Assembly: GCA_036676395.1 (NCBI GenBank)
Contig: JAKFCY010000002.1
Coordinates: forward strand, 2,496,001 to 2,560,000
Origin: Bdellovibrio sp.
GTDB taxonomy: Bacteria > Bdellovibrionota > Bdellovibrionia > Bdellovibrionales > Bdellovibrionaceae
Length of the DNA stretch: 64,000 bases
Reading direction: 5' to 3'
A program made the translations under genes and the position numbers. The notes below the pieces were generated by a model that was given only the letters and a program-made list of their open reading frames with translations, did no database searches and was not told where the DNA came from. Shown here in pieces: positions 47,936-57,356 of the stretch. The stretch's first letter is position 1. The number at the start of each line of letters is the position of its first letter.

Positions 47936-48420
47936 TGGATATCAAAACTCGCCTTAAACAATCTTTACAGCAACACAAATATTTTGTGTTTATGTTTTTC
48001 TTTTTTGTGTTTGTCTATGTTTACACAACTGCTGGTTCTGACGCCAAACCTGCACAAGAAAAGCTATTAACCGTAGATACGCTGATTCCTAATGGTTATG
48101 CCTTAGTGCCGATCGAATTAGAAAATATCGCTGCCATCGCAAGTTTAATTGAAAGTTACGGCGTCGTAGATATTTACTTAGGTAAAAGCAATTCTCGTAA
48201 TTCTAAAAAGATCTTTCAAAAAGTTAAAATTTTACGCGCGCCAAATAACCCACATGCTTATTCGTTACTGCTGCCCGATCATTTATCAAGTGTGCTGATG
48301 CAGTATGATGGGCCATTTTTTGCCGTTATTCAGAATAAGGCTGAAACTAGCGCTAACCCTGCAGTCGGCGAACAAGTACATACTAAAAAAACTGTAAAAA
48401 TTGAATATAACGGTGGGTAA
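47935..48420 (+). CDS. CpaB/RcpC-like pilus assembly protein
   Basis: N-terminal TM; LIPNGYALVPI, SLI..VVDIY, VKILRA. Confidence 0.6.
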   Translation: MDIKTRLKQSLQQHKYFVFMFFFFVFVYVYTTAGSDAKPAQEKLLTVDTLIPNGYALVPIELENIAAIASLIESYGVVDIYLGKSNSRNSKKIFQKVKILRAPNNPHAYSLLLPDHLSSVLMQYDGPFFAVIQNKAETSANPAVGEQVHTKKTVKIEYNGG

Positions 48421-48423
48421 TTT

Positions 48424-49185
48424 ATGAAATATTTATTTTTATTACTGTTAACGATCACAAGTTTTTCGCAAGCCGAAATTTTATTAGTGGCTAATAAAAA
48501 TACGCCCCTGTCAGATTATAAAAAAATCTGTGAAAAAAACGGTTATCTTTGCTTACCGCAAGGTTTTACTAATTTAAAACAAAGACAGACGCCGCATTTC
48601 GATCGTTTGATCGAAACCTTTGATTTAGACAACAAGAATTATGTTGCAGAGTTTAGTAAAAATTTAAGTTTAAGTTTAAAAGAAGATGATCTTACCTTGG
48701 ATCAAATTAAAAACTTAATTTTAGCGAGTGAAAAAATTGCGCATAATAATAGCCAAGTAAGTAAGCTTAAAAAATTGCACGCCATTCTGGAAAGCACTAA
48801 AGAAGAACCTTCAGATAAAATGCTCTATATCGCGGGCAAAACTTTGGCCAACAGTTTACAGAATCGTCTACGCCTTGATTCTTATTTAAACGAGATAAAA
48901 CATATTGAATTGGATTACATTTCTTACACTGAAAACAATGAGAAGAAATATTTCTTAAACGGTGATTGCGATCACCCCCGCTACACAGAATTTGTGAGCC
49001 AGCTTGATTTACAGGTGATTCCGCATTTTTCAGAAGGCTGTAGCATGACGCAAAAATACAATTGGGGTTCAGTCTTGATAGCCGATCACTTTAAAGAGAA
49101 TAAAAATAAATATCTGGCAGGCCTTGCAGCCATTGCCACAGCATTCTTTTTAAAATCGTACGAAGTTTCTATCGGATCTGAATAG
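48424..49185 (+). CDS. secreted or membrane-anchored hypothetical protein
   Basis: Signal peptide SQA|E; two Cys pairs; C-terminal hydrophobic segment. Confidence 0.65.
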   Translation: MKYLFLLLLTITSFSQAEILLVANKNTPLSDYKKICEKNGYLCLPQGFTNLKQRQTPHFDRLIETFDLDNKNYVAEFSKNLSLSLKEDDLTLDQIKNLILASEKIAHNNSQVSKLKKLHAILESTKEEPSDKMLYIAGKTLANSLQNRLRLDSYLNEIKHIELDYISYTENNEKKYFLNGDCDHPRYTEFVSQLDLQVIPHFSEGCSMTQKYNWGSVLIADHFKENKNKYLAGLAAIATAFFLKSYEVSIGSE

Positions 49186-50431
49186 TTTCGCCGTTAAACT
49201 GGATACTGATAATGCCTTGATCATCAAAATCTGTCTGGCATTGTCCCCACGTGGAAGTTGGATACGTGTGAAAACGTTTCCAATCTTCAGACGGTGCTGG
49301 AATCTGCTTCGCGCTCTCATTTAAGGCTTTTCGAGTTAACAATAAATTTGTGGGCTCAATCGGCGAATCTGAACCGAAATCGACATGAATGCGATTTTTT
49401 CTTAAAGCTTCCCATTGAAATAAATATTTTGTCAGATCACCAATTGTTGCTGGTAACCATGCGTGATCTGATAACCAGTGGCAAGGTTGCATATGCACAT
49501 ACACGTGTAACGGCTTCAACAAGGGAATGGTTTCAGGTCGAAGCAACTGTGCATGCTCTAGATGAATTTTACCCAGTAAACCCGCAGCAGAGACTTCACG
49601 CGCACATAATGCCACCGTGTGCGCGGCTTCATCGCCGATGCAGTGAATGGCGATTTCCATTTTATTACGCCAACAGTAAGCAATTGCTAATTTAATATCA
49701 GGCGCTTTCCACAGCAATAATCCACGCTGAGTGTCTCCGACATAATTTTTTGATAGATACGCTGTTTTTGAACCCAACGAACCATCGATAAAGATTTTTA
49801 AGCCTTTAACTTTTAATTGCGCACACGGGTCGTCGATACATTTTTGATATTCGGCAAAACCGCGATCAAAATCTGAAGTTGATTCAATGGTAACAAAACC
49901 TTCGCAGTATATTTTTAATTTGTTTTCTTCGCACAGTGCTTTTTGCAATTGCCATTGGCGATAGTTCATCGACATATCGCGCACATGGGTAAAACCACCG
50001 GCATTAAAAATTTGACCCGCTTTAAGCAAGAACTGAGTTAATTGCTGATCACTGTATTCTGGCAATTTGAATAAGGCATTAATATGATCTTGTTCAAGCA
50101 AGATACCTGAACAATCACCCTGAATATTTAATAGGGCAATCGCTTTTGAATTGATCCAACCGCTGTGGCCATCAACTCGCGCAAAATAAACTGGCGTATC
50201 CGGAAATAGCTGATCCAAGACCGTCTTCGTCGGCAATTCTTGTGACGTCCAATTATTATGATTCCAACCAAAACCAACTAACCAATCACCACGGTAATGA
50301 TGTTTTTCGATCTTAAGATTTTTCACATCGTCTGCTGATTTTAGATCACGTAATGATAATTCAAGCGCGACTTGGCCCGTGGCTAAAAAATGCGTGTGGC
50401 TATCAAAACAATTGGTGATCATTTCAGACAT
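49169..50431 (-). CDS. amidohydrolase (YtcJ-like)
   Basis: DSHTH, DGHSGW, DGSLGS, HCIGD, LEHAQ, FGSDSP. Confidence 0.9.
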   Translation of the reverse strand: MSEMITNCFDSHTHFLATGQVALELSLRDLKSADDVKNLKIEKHHYRGDWLVGFGWNHNNWTSQELPTKTVLDQLFPDTPVYFARVDGHSGWINSKAIALLNIQGDCSGILLEQDHINALFKLPEYSDQQLTQFLLKAGQIFNAGGFTHVRDMSMNYRQWQLQKALCEENKLKIYCEGFVTIESTSDFDRGFAEYQKCIDDPCAQLKVKGLKIFIDGSLGSKTAYLSKNYVGDTQRGLLLWKAPDIKLAIAYCWRNKMEIAIHCIGDEAAHTVALCAREVSAAGLLGKIHLEHAQLLRPETIPLLKPLHVYVHMQPCHWLSDHAWLPATIGDLTKYLFQWEALRKNRIHVDFGSDSPIEPTNLLLTRKALNESAKQIPAPSEDWKRFHTYPTSTWGQCQTDFDDQGIISIQFNGETIQIR

Positions 50432-50459
50432 AGATTGGTTCTATCATATTTTACCAAAT

Positions 50460-50491
50460 AAAAAAGGCTGAGTTTTTTAAGCTCAGCCTTT
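50460..50491 (-). terminator. intrinsic terminator of the Gly-rich gene
   Basis: AAAGGCTGAG...CTCAGCCTTT stem with a U-tract on the minus strand. Confidence 0.8.
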
Positions 50492-50513
50492 GTCATTTTA
50501 GATTAACTAAAAA

Positions 50514-52790
50514 CTATCTTCCGCCACCTGATGGCGCAGGAACAGTTACTTGTCCACCCGTTGGTGGGTAAGTTGGATATGTTGGCTGCGGATAACTTTG
50601 TTGGTATCCCGCGCCACCACCTGGGATAAAGTTCGGCGGTGTTGAAGTCGGTGAACCGTATTGAACTCCACCAGTTGCTCCACCTACTGAAGGTGCTGCA
50701 ATACCAATTGATCCACCTAAAGAACCTGAGCCGTAGTATCCACCACCAGATGAGCCACCAGAGTATGCTCCAGTGTAAAGCATCTGTAAGCGCATTTGTA
50801 AATTCTGGATCTCTTGCTGAACTTGTTGCGCCTGCATTTGAACCTGAATTTGACGTTGATACTGTTGTTGTTGAGCTTGAATTTGCTGTTGGTAATATTG
50901 CATCTGCATTTGAGCTTGTTGCTGTTGCATTTGTAACATTTGTAACTGCATTTGTGGGTTCTGCATTTGCATTCCCATTTGTTGCATACCCATCACTGGC
51001 ATTCCACCGTTCATCGCAAGCCCGCCGTTGGCCGCAAAGCCTCCGTTAGCCGCAACACCGATTCCAGGACATGGCCACTGTATACACATCATTTGGCTTC
51101 CGTTCATAGGAATTCCGCCGTTGGCTGCAAAGCCGCCGTTAACAGCGAATCCACCTGGCATTTGGAATCCACCCGGCATTTGGAATCCACCTGGCATTTG
51201 GAATCCACCCGGCATTTGGAATCCACCCGGCATTTGGAATCCACCATTAACTGCGAGTCCACCATTTACAAAACCACCTGGCATTTGGAATCCGCCTGGC
51301 ATCTGAAAACCACCCGGCATTTGGAATCCACCAGCTTGGTTTCCGAATCCACCATTAACTACGCCATTAACTGCCATTCCATTTCCGAATCCATATGGCC
51401 ATCCGCCATTTGGACCAGCCATCATTCCACCTGGACCATAACCTGGAGGGTACATTCCGCCGCCCCATGGAGATCCGAACATTCCTTGAGGATAACCGAA
51501 CGCTCCACCTGGACCGTAAGGACCATAAGCACCCATTGGTCCGCCGAATGGTCCACCCATTCCACCGCCGGCTCCGTAAGGAAAACCGCCACCGTTCATT
51601 CCACCAGCACAACCGAATCCACCAAGACCAGATCCACCATTAATAGCCCCGTAAGCACCAGCTAAGATAAATGGAAAACCCATGCTCACTGCAGTTGGAT
51701 AACCTTGTGCAGGAGGATAACCTAATTGTGCAGAGTATTCTGCGTTACGTTCATCATATTGTTTACCGACGTAACCTAATCCAAGACCAACGCCGATTGT
51801 TCCTAAGATAGAAACCCAGTCACGTTTTGGTTTTTGATAGCCGCCATCACGATCGCCGCTTCCGCAATCTTCACATTCGCCTTCTAATTGAGTTTTAGCG
51901 CGATACTCGCGTTCGATTTTTGCACGCTCTCTGGCATCAGAGATAGCGTATTCACGGTCACGCATTTCGTCTTCAGCACGTTCAATTTTTGCCTGCGCTT
52001 CGTCACGTTTGATACGAAATTTACGATAATCAGCTAATTGTCTTCCGCACTCAGTTGTTGAGTACGAAGATGATTTTCTGTCGTCTGGTTTTAAAGTTTT
52101 ATCAGCACAGATCGCAGGGTACACTTTGCCGCCATCAGATTTATTTTTGGCAGCACAATATTTGTTATTCCAGTTAGCACGTAATTTTTCAGGAACATCA
52201 TCTTTACTTGCGCAATCAGCAGAAGCCACAACTTGTGTAGTTGTTGTTACAACTTGTTGGCCGGTGGCTGGATCTACAGAAGCAGAACCCGTAGCTACTG
52301 CAGTTGCTCCTGTTTGAGCATTACAATTTAAATTTGGAGCCGTTACGTAATCGTTACAAGTATTACCTTTTTCGATATGAGTCTCTAATAAGAAATCTAA
52401 AATTTCGCCGTCGAATTGTCTTTCAAGTTTACGGGCTGCAAATTGCATTTCAGTTTCAGCACGTTTTTTCTCTAGTTGACGAGCTTTCAAATCTTTTTGT
52501 AAATCAGAGATTCTGCGACGCTCTTCTTTTTCTTCATCAGACATGCTTGTCGCGCCAGAACCTTGCTTCCATGGGTAGCCACAACCTTGTTGTCCGCCAG
52601 AATAGCCTGATCCCCAAAGACCACCGCCGCCTCCGCCACCGCCGTAGTAGCCTGCACCACCGCCAACGTTAACGCCTGCATTCGCATAAGCATTAAACTG
52701 AGCTTGCGCTTTTTCACTTACAAAGCTGAGCGAGAATACAAAAGCAAACACGCTTGTAAGAAGAAAATTAATTATGTTTTTCAACGACAT
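50514..52790 (-). CDS. secreted 758-aa Gly/Gln/Met/Pro low-complexity protein with Cys-rich and coiled-coil regions
   Basis: AGGAG RBS, signal peptide AQA|Q, long ORF, own terminator. Confidence 0.85.
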   Translation of the reverse strand: MSLKNIINFLLTSVFAFVFSLSFVSEKAQAQFNAYANAGVNVGGGAGYYGGGGGGGGLWGSGYSGGQQGCGYPWKQGSGATSMSDEEKEERRRISDLQKDLKARQLEKKRAETEMQFAARKLERQFDGEILDFLLETHIEKGNTCNDYVTAPNLNCNAQTGATAVATGSASVDPATGQQVVTTTTQVVASADCASKDDVPEKLRANWNNKYCAAKNKSDGGKVYPAICADKTLKPDDRKSSSYSTTECGRQLADYRKFRIKRDEAQAKIERAEDEMRDREYAISDARERAKIEREYRAKTQLEGECEDCGSGDRDGGYQKPKRDWVSILGTIGVGLGLGYVGKQYDERNAEYSAQLGYPPAQGYPTAVSMGFPFILAGAYGAINGGSGLGGFGCAGGMNGGGFPYGAGGGMGGPFGGPMGAYGPYGPGGAFGYPQGMFGSPWGGGMYPPGYGPGGMMAGPNGGWPYGFGNGMAVNGVVNGGFGNQAGGFQMPGGFQMPGGFQMPGGFVNGGLAVNGGFQMPGGFQMPGGFQMPGGFQMPGGFQMPGGFAVNGGFAANGGIPMNGSQMMCIQWPCPGIGVAANGGFAANGGLAMNGGMPVMGMQQMGMQMQNPQMQLQMLQMQQQQAQMQMQYYQQQIQAQQQQYQRQIQVQMQAQQVQQEIQNLQMRLQMLYTGAYSGGSSGGGYYGSGSLGGSIGIAAPSVGGATGGVQYGSPTSTPPNFIPGGGAGYQQSYPQPTYPTYPPTGGQVTVPAPSGGGR
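51156..51332 (-). repeat. 18-bp coding tandem repeats (GGFQMP), blocks of 5 and 3 copies
   Basis: (T/C)GGCATTTGGAATCCACC x5 at 51156-51245; three slightly diverged copies at 51279-51332. Confidence 0.95.
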
Positions 52791-52962
52791 AGAGTCTCCT
52801 CATATAGGTACACGTATAACTAGATCATCGTATCACTTTTCGACAGGTCTATGCGATAGTTACAGGGTCCAGTAAATAAAATTAGTCTATGGTCTGTAGC
52901 CCAAAGGATAGCTTGCAAATTCACAGCTGGACCGGATTTTTTTCATTCGTTAGCATCAAGTG

Positions 52963-54072
52963 ATGGATAAACCGAAGCTTTTGTTTCTTGATGATGAAGT
53001 AGATAATCTAGATGCTATGGAACGCTTGCTTCGTAAGCGTTTTAACGTATTTAAAGCTTCAACTCCGCAAGATGCATTTGCTCATCTCGACCAAAATCCA
53101 GATATTTCTATTATCATATCAGATCAACGGATGCCGCTCATTACCGGCACTGAGTTTTTAGAAAAATCCATTGTGACTCACCCTGACTCAATCCGGATTT
53201 TGTTAACTGGCTATACTGATATTGAATCTGTGATCGAAGCCATTAATAAAGGACAGATCTATAAATACATCACCAAACCGTGGGATCCTGTAGATTTACA
53301 AAAGAATTTAGAAAATGCTTACGAGAAATTAACTCTGCGTAAAGAACTAAAAGAGAAAAACAAAGCCCTCGAAGAGGCCTTATTAGAACTGCAATCTTTA
53401 GACAAAACAAAATCACAATTTATGATTTTAATTAATCATGAATTAAAAACTCCGCTTACTTCGATTTTAAGCTTTTCTGGTTTATTGCGCGAGTCTTCAT
53501 TATCTGATGAACAAGTTTTATTCGTAGATCGCATAAATAAATCGGCAGATAAACTTAAAGGCATCGTCGATGATGTGTTATTAATCGTTAAAGGTGAACT
53601 TGGTCAGATTCCGATTCGCTATGAAACTTTAAAAATTAAATCTTTCTTTGAACAACTGCCTGAAGACATGACCAAGATGATGGCTACCAAAGGGCAAAAA
53701 ATTGATTATGATCTAGCTGTTGAAACGATCGAGGCTGATGCCCAGTATATTCGTATCTTAGTGACTCGCGCCCTGCATAACGCCACTAAGTTTGGCCAAG
53801 CGCAAAGTGCAATTAAAGTGTCGTCTCGTTTAGAAGATAAAAATGTGGTGGTTGAAATTCAAAATTTAGGCCCTAAAATTTCACAAAATGTCTTAGATAA
53901 AATCTTAAGCCCGTTCACTTTAGATGAAAATGTGATGAATCATTCGGTGGGCATGGGTTTAGGTTTAACGATTTGCCAGACTTTATTAAAAGCTCATCAA
54001 GGACGTCTTGAAATCAGCAATACGGATAACGGAGTCAGCGTCCGCTTTGTTCTTCCGGAAATCCGGAAATAG
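52963..54072 (+). CDS. hybrid response regulator-histidine kinase (REC-HisKA-HATPase)
   Basis: LDDE, SDQRMP, LTGY, KPW; INHELKTPL, NATKF, GMGLGL. Confidence 0.93.
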   Translation: MDKPKLLFLDDEVDNLDAMERLLRKRFNVFKASTPQDAFAHLDQNPDISIIISDQRMPLITGTEFLEKSIVTHPDSIRILLTGYTDIESVIEAINKGQIYKYITKPWDPVDLQKNLENAYEKLTLRKELKEKNKALEEALLELQSLDKTKSQFMILINHELKTPLTSILSFSGLLRESSLSDEQVLFVDRINKSADKLKGIVDDVLLIVKGELGQIPIRYETLKIKSFFEQLPEDMTKMMATKGQKIDYDLAVETIEADAQYIRILVTRALHNATKFGQAQSAIKVSSRLEDKNVVVEIQNLGPKISQNVLDKILSPFTLDENVMNHSVGMGLGLTICQTLLKAHQGRLEISNTDNGVSVRFVLPEIRK

Positions 54073-54132
54073 GATATTTCATTTAGTTTAAGATAGTAGT
54101 CGCTGGAACAGTTCATGAACTGCTCTGTCGCT

Positions 54133-55395
54133 ATGAAAACACTATTATTCTGCTTGTTGCTTCCTGTAAATTTCGTTCTGGCCGCACCTGGGCCGGCCGC
54201 ACCAAACTATGACATCATGGTCGAAATGGGCGATGAGCATGTTCTAAAAAATGTGTCACACAAGCTGTGGATTGAAAATCCTAAAATATTCTCAGCTTCG
54301 GGAAGTGGCAGTTCAGTCACGTTAAAGCCCTTAGCTTTAGGCTCATCGAAGATTCGTATCGATCAAAAAGAAATGGTTATTTTATCTGTGCCGACTGGAT
54401 TTAAAGGCTCTTATAAAATCTGGAATCAATTAACCCGCAAAAGCCCGCAATTAAGTGTGTCGTTCTGCGAACAAACTCTGTGTTTAAAAGGCGAGATATT
54501 TTCTTTAGAAGAATTTAAGAAAATTATCTCGCAGATGGAAGAAAAGAATGCTTCATTATTTTTAAAACTAACCATGAATGAAAAATTAACGGCTGAAGTT
54601 GAAAAGTGGTATATCCAGTATTTTAGAAACCACGAAATCACTCCGCCAAAAATTATTTTCTCGTCGATGCCTTGGAAGGCAGTACTGTCATCTAAAGACA
54701 ACAGTATCACTAGCCGCAATCAAACGCATCAGGTGGGCTTATTTACTCAAGACAACCCCAATAAAATTGAAATTAGCGATAACATCAAAGTTTCAGTTAA
54801 ATTTGTCGAAATTAAAAAATCGACCGCGCGTAAACTTGGCATTGAATGGCAAAAAATTATTGGCGGTCAGTTAATTGATTCAAAAGTGACCTTTGATCAA
54901 TCTATTGATTTATTTTTAAACGCTGAAGAATCTTCGGGTAATTCTAAAACACTGGCAAGTCCTACGTTAATTTGTCGCAATGGTAAAGAAGCCGAGTTCT
55001 TTGCCGGTGGCGAAATTCCGATTGTTTTAACCCGACATAAAACGCGTGAAGTCGTGTGGAAAAAATACGGCGTAAGTCTTAAGATTAAACCTGTCGTTGA
55101 TCCTTTAGGGCAGATGAGCATTGCGATTGAAACTGAGGTTTCAACACCGGATGAATCTAAGGCTGTTGACGGTATTCCAGGAATTTCTGCAAACCGCGTT
55201 TCAAGTCATTTTGATTTAGTGAAATCACGTACGATTGTTTTATCTGGTTTAATTCATAATGGTATTGGTGAAGCGGCTACGGGATTACCCTACTTAACAG
55301 CTATTCCCGTGATTGGAAAATTATTTTCTAGCCAAGGCTTTCGTGAAAATGAAACTGAAATGATGATCTTTGTAACGCCAGAGATTTTTGAATGA
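54133..55395 (+). CDS. CpaC/RcpA-type secretin
   Basis: LASPTL, FFAGGEIP, YGVSLKIKP, LPYLTAIPVIGKLFSS, ETEMMIFVTP. Confidence 0.9.
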   Translation: MKTLLFCLLLPVNFVLAAPGPAAPNYDIMVEMGDEHVLKNVSHKLWIENPKIFSASGSGSSVTLKPLALGSSKIRIDQKEMVILSVPTGFKGSYKIWNQLTRKSPQLSVSFCEQTLCLKGEIFSLEEFKKIISQMEEKNASLFLKLTMNEKLTAEVEKWYIQYFRNHEITPPKIIFSSMPWKAVLSSKDNSITSRNQTHQVGLFTQDNPNKIEISDNIKVSVKFVEIKKSTARKLGIEWQKIIGGQLIDSKVTFDQSIDLFLNAEESSGNSKTLASPTLICRNGKEAEFFAGGEIPIVLTRHKTREVVWKKYGVSLKIKPVVDPLGQMSIAIETEVSTPDESKAVDGIPGISANRVSSHFDLVKSRTIVLSGLIHNGIGEAATGLPYLTAIPVIGKLFSSQGFRENETEMMIFVTPEIFE

Positions 55396-56495
55396 GTTTA
55401 GAACAAGCTAAAACTCTTTTTTATAAGCTTCGTACAGAAAGATCGGTGATTTTATCTACAGAAGCCAATAGCGAATCAGCTCCGCAACTGAAAGCACAAA
55501 GCCTATCGGTTTCTTTGGATGAGCACTTGCAGACTGTGGATGATTCAATACGTGAGCGCATATTGAATGAGTTGAACGGCTTTGGACCAATCACTGCACT
55601 TTTAAGCGATGATGCTGTGACTGAAATTCTAATTAACCAATTTGATCAGATTTATTTTGAAAAGATGGGCTCTTTACAGCGCAGTGAAGATCATTTTTTT
55701 GATGTGAACAGTTACAAAGAATTTATCGAAAAACTTTGTGGCTTTTGTAACACCTATATTAACTCGGAAAAGCCATTTATCGAAGTGCAGTTAAACAATC
55801 TGCGCATCACTGTGCTTTTTCCTGATATTTGCCGAGGTGAATACATTGTTTCGATTCGTAAACAGCCTTTAACTCGTTGGACGTTTGAGCGCTTGGCCGC
55901 ACAAGGCTGGGCAACGCCCGTAGAGATTATGGCGATTCAAAAGCTGATCTCTCAAAAGAAGAATTTTTTAGTCATCGGCGGTACTGGTTCAGGAAAAACG
56001 AGCTTATTGCAGGCTTCAATTGCTGAAATGGCGCAGGATCGTTTAGTGATTATTGAAGACACGCAAGAGTTGCAGCCCGTCTTTGCGCAAAATGCTTCGT
56101 TACTTACACGTATTGATCCGACGAAAAAATTAATAGATGTAACGATGAACGAATTAATTAAAAAAGCTTTGCGCCTTCGTCCCGATCGTATTTGCGTTGG
56201 TGAAATTCGCGGCGAAGAAGCCACAGCCCTATTGATGGCTTTATCTACTGGTCATGATGGAAGCTTTGGTTCACTGCACGCACGCACGGCACATGAAGCT
56301 TTGTTGCGCTTAGAAATGCTAATTCAAATGGGCGCCCCACAATGGTCATTGCAATCGATTCGACGTTTAATAGGTCTAACGGTTCAGAATATTCTCGTGG
56401 TCGAAAAATGTAATGGAAAACGTGTTTTGAAAGGGATTTACGAGATCACTTCTGTTGAAGAACACGGAATAACGCTGCAGGAATGGGAAAGCTAG
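55392..56495 (+). CDS. cpaF: TadA/CpaF pilus assembly ATPase
   Basis: GGTGSGKT, IEDTQEL, ALRLRPDRICVGEIRG, TGHDGS..LHA. Confidence 0.92.
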   Translation: MSLEQAKTLFYKLRTERSVILSTEANSESAPQLKAQSLSVSLDEHLQTVDDSIRERILNELNGFGPITALLSDDAVTEILINQFDQIYFEKMGSLQRSEDHFFDVNSYKEFIEKLCGFCNTYINSEKPFIEVQLNNLRITVLFPDICRGEYIVSIRKQPLTRWTFERLAAQGWATPVEIMAIQKLISQKKNFLVIGGTGSGKTSLLQASIAEMAQDRLVIIEDTQELQPVFAQNASLLTRIDPTKKLIDVTMNELIKKALRLRPDRICVGEIRGEEATALLMALSTGHDGSFGSLHARTAHEALLRLEMLIQMGAPQWSLQSIRRLIGLTVQNILVVEKCNGKRVLKGIYEITSVEEHGITLQEWES

Positions 56496-56541
56496 ACTTT
56501 AGAATAGCAAAAATTTACTAGTTTATACCGATAAGTTTTCT

Positions 56542-56931
56542 ATGACTTATAAAGACCGCTTCGCTCAGGCTTTAAAATTGAAAGATTTTGTATCTTTGCA
56601 TGACGACAAAGCCGAAATCTTTTTAGTCTTTACAAGTGATACTGACTTTCAGGTTAAAGTTTTTGGCCCAGAAACTGATGATCACACTAAAAATCAAATC
56701 TACCATGAGTTTCGATACGCAAAAAAGTTACCAATAGCTTTTATTTGCTGGAGTGAAGTTGAAGAAGCTAAAGTGTATTCATATTATGATCCTAACTTTT
56801 ATGTTCACATTGACTTTAATTCTGGCGACCTAATGTATTTTGAGAGCAGTGACTGCGATTCATTAGATCTTAACGTTCTCAGAAAAGATGCTCTCGCAAG
56901 TTATAGTGAACTAATCACTAAGCTTAAATAA
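56542..56931 (+). CDS. hypothetical protein
   Basis: 129-aa ORF; no recognised motif. Confidence 0.55.
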   Translation: MTYKDRFAQALKLKDFVSLHDDKAEIFLVFTSDTDFQVKVFGPETDDHTKNQIYHEFRYAKKLPIAFICWSEVEEAKVYSYYDPNFYVHIDFNSGDLMYFESSDCDSLDLNVLRKDALASYSELITKLK

Positions 56932-57219
56932 TTCAGCTTTAATTATTGAATTTAATTCTGATAAGTTGGGATTTAATTTTCGCATTATTTCGCAAATAAA
57001 GTTTTTGAGCTCGTCATGACCAGTTCCGCGCGTCGGAAGCCAAATTCTGCTATACAAACAAAGTTGAAACTTCTGCTGCTCATTGATACCTAAAAACAAT
57101 ATGTCTTCTTTGATAAAAAACTTAGCTTCAGTCTGCTCGTTGATAGTTTTATTGCCCTTGTTAACAAACGCAACGATTTCAAAATAACTCTTTATACAAT
57201 CTGTTCTAAAATAATCCAT
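56911..57219 (-). CDS. hypothetical protein
   Basis: 102-aa AT-rich ORF; no recognised motif or RBS. Confidence 0.4.
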   Translation of the reverse strand: MDYFRTDCIKSYFEIVAFVNKGNKTINEQTEAKFFIKEDILFLGINEQQKFQLCLYSRIWLPTRGTGHDELKNFICEIMRKLNPNLSELNSIIKAELFKLSD

Positions 57220-57234
57220 ACGACAGCACAGTTC

Positions 57235-57273
57235 AAAAAAAAGACCCAGTTAACGGTTAAATTAACTGGGTCT
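57235..57273 (-). terminator. intrinsic terminator downstream of aspS
   Basis: AGACCCAGTTAA-N8-TTAACTGGGTCT with a U-tract on the minus strand. Confidence 0.8.
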
Positions 57274-57356
57274 CATGAATTTCAAAATCCGAATTTCGCA
57301 AAGCAACTTCGACTCGTTGCTCCCCAAAAAGGGACGGCCGCGAGCGGCCAGCCTAC

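Noticed and set aside
51156..51332. Possible CRISPR array
   Set aside because: Repeats are contiguous, in-frame 18-mers without unique spacers; no cas genes
50639..52717. Alternative-frame ORFs over the Gly-rich gene (e.g. HLESTW and PPGIWN repeats)
   Set aside because: By-products of the repeat and Gly codon bias; the minus-strand ORF has the RBS, signal peptide and terminator
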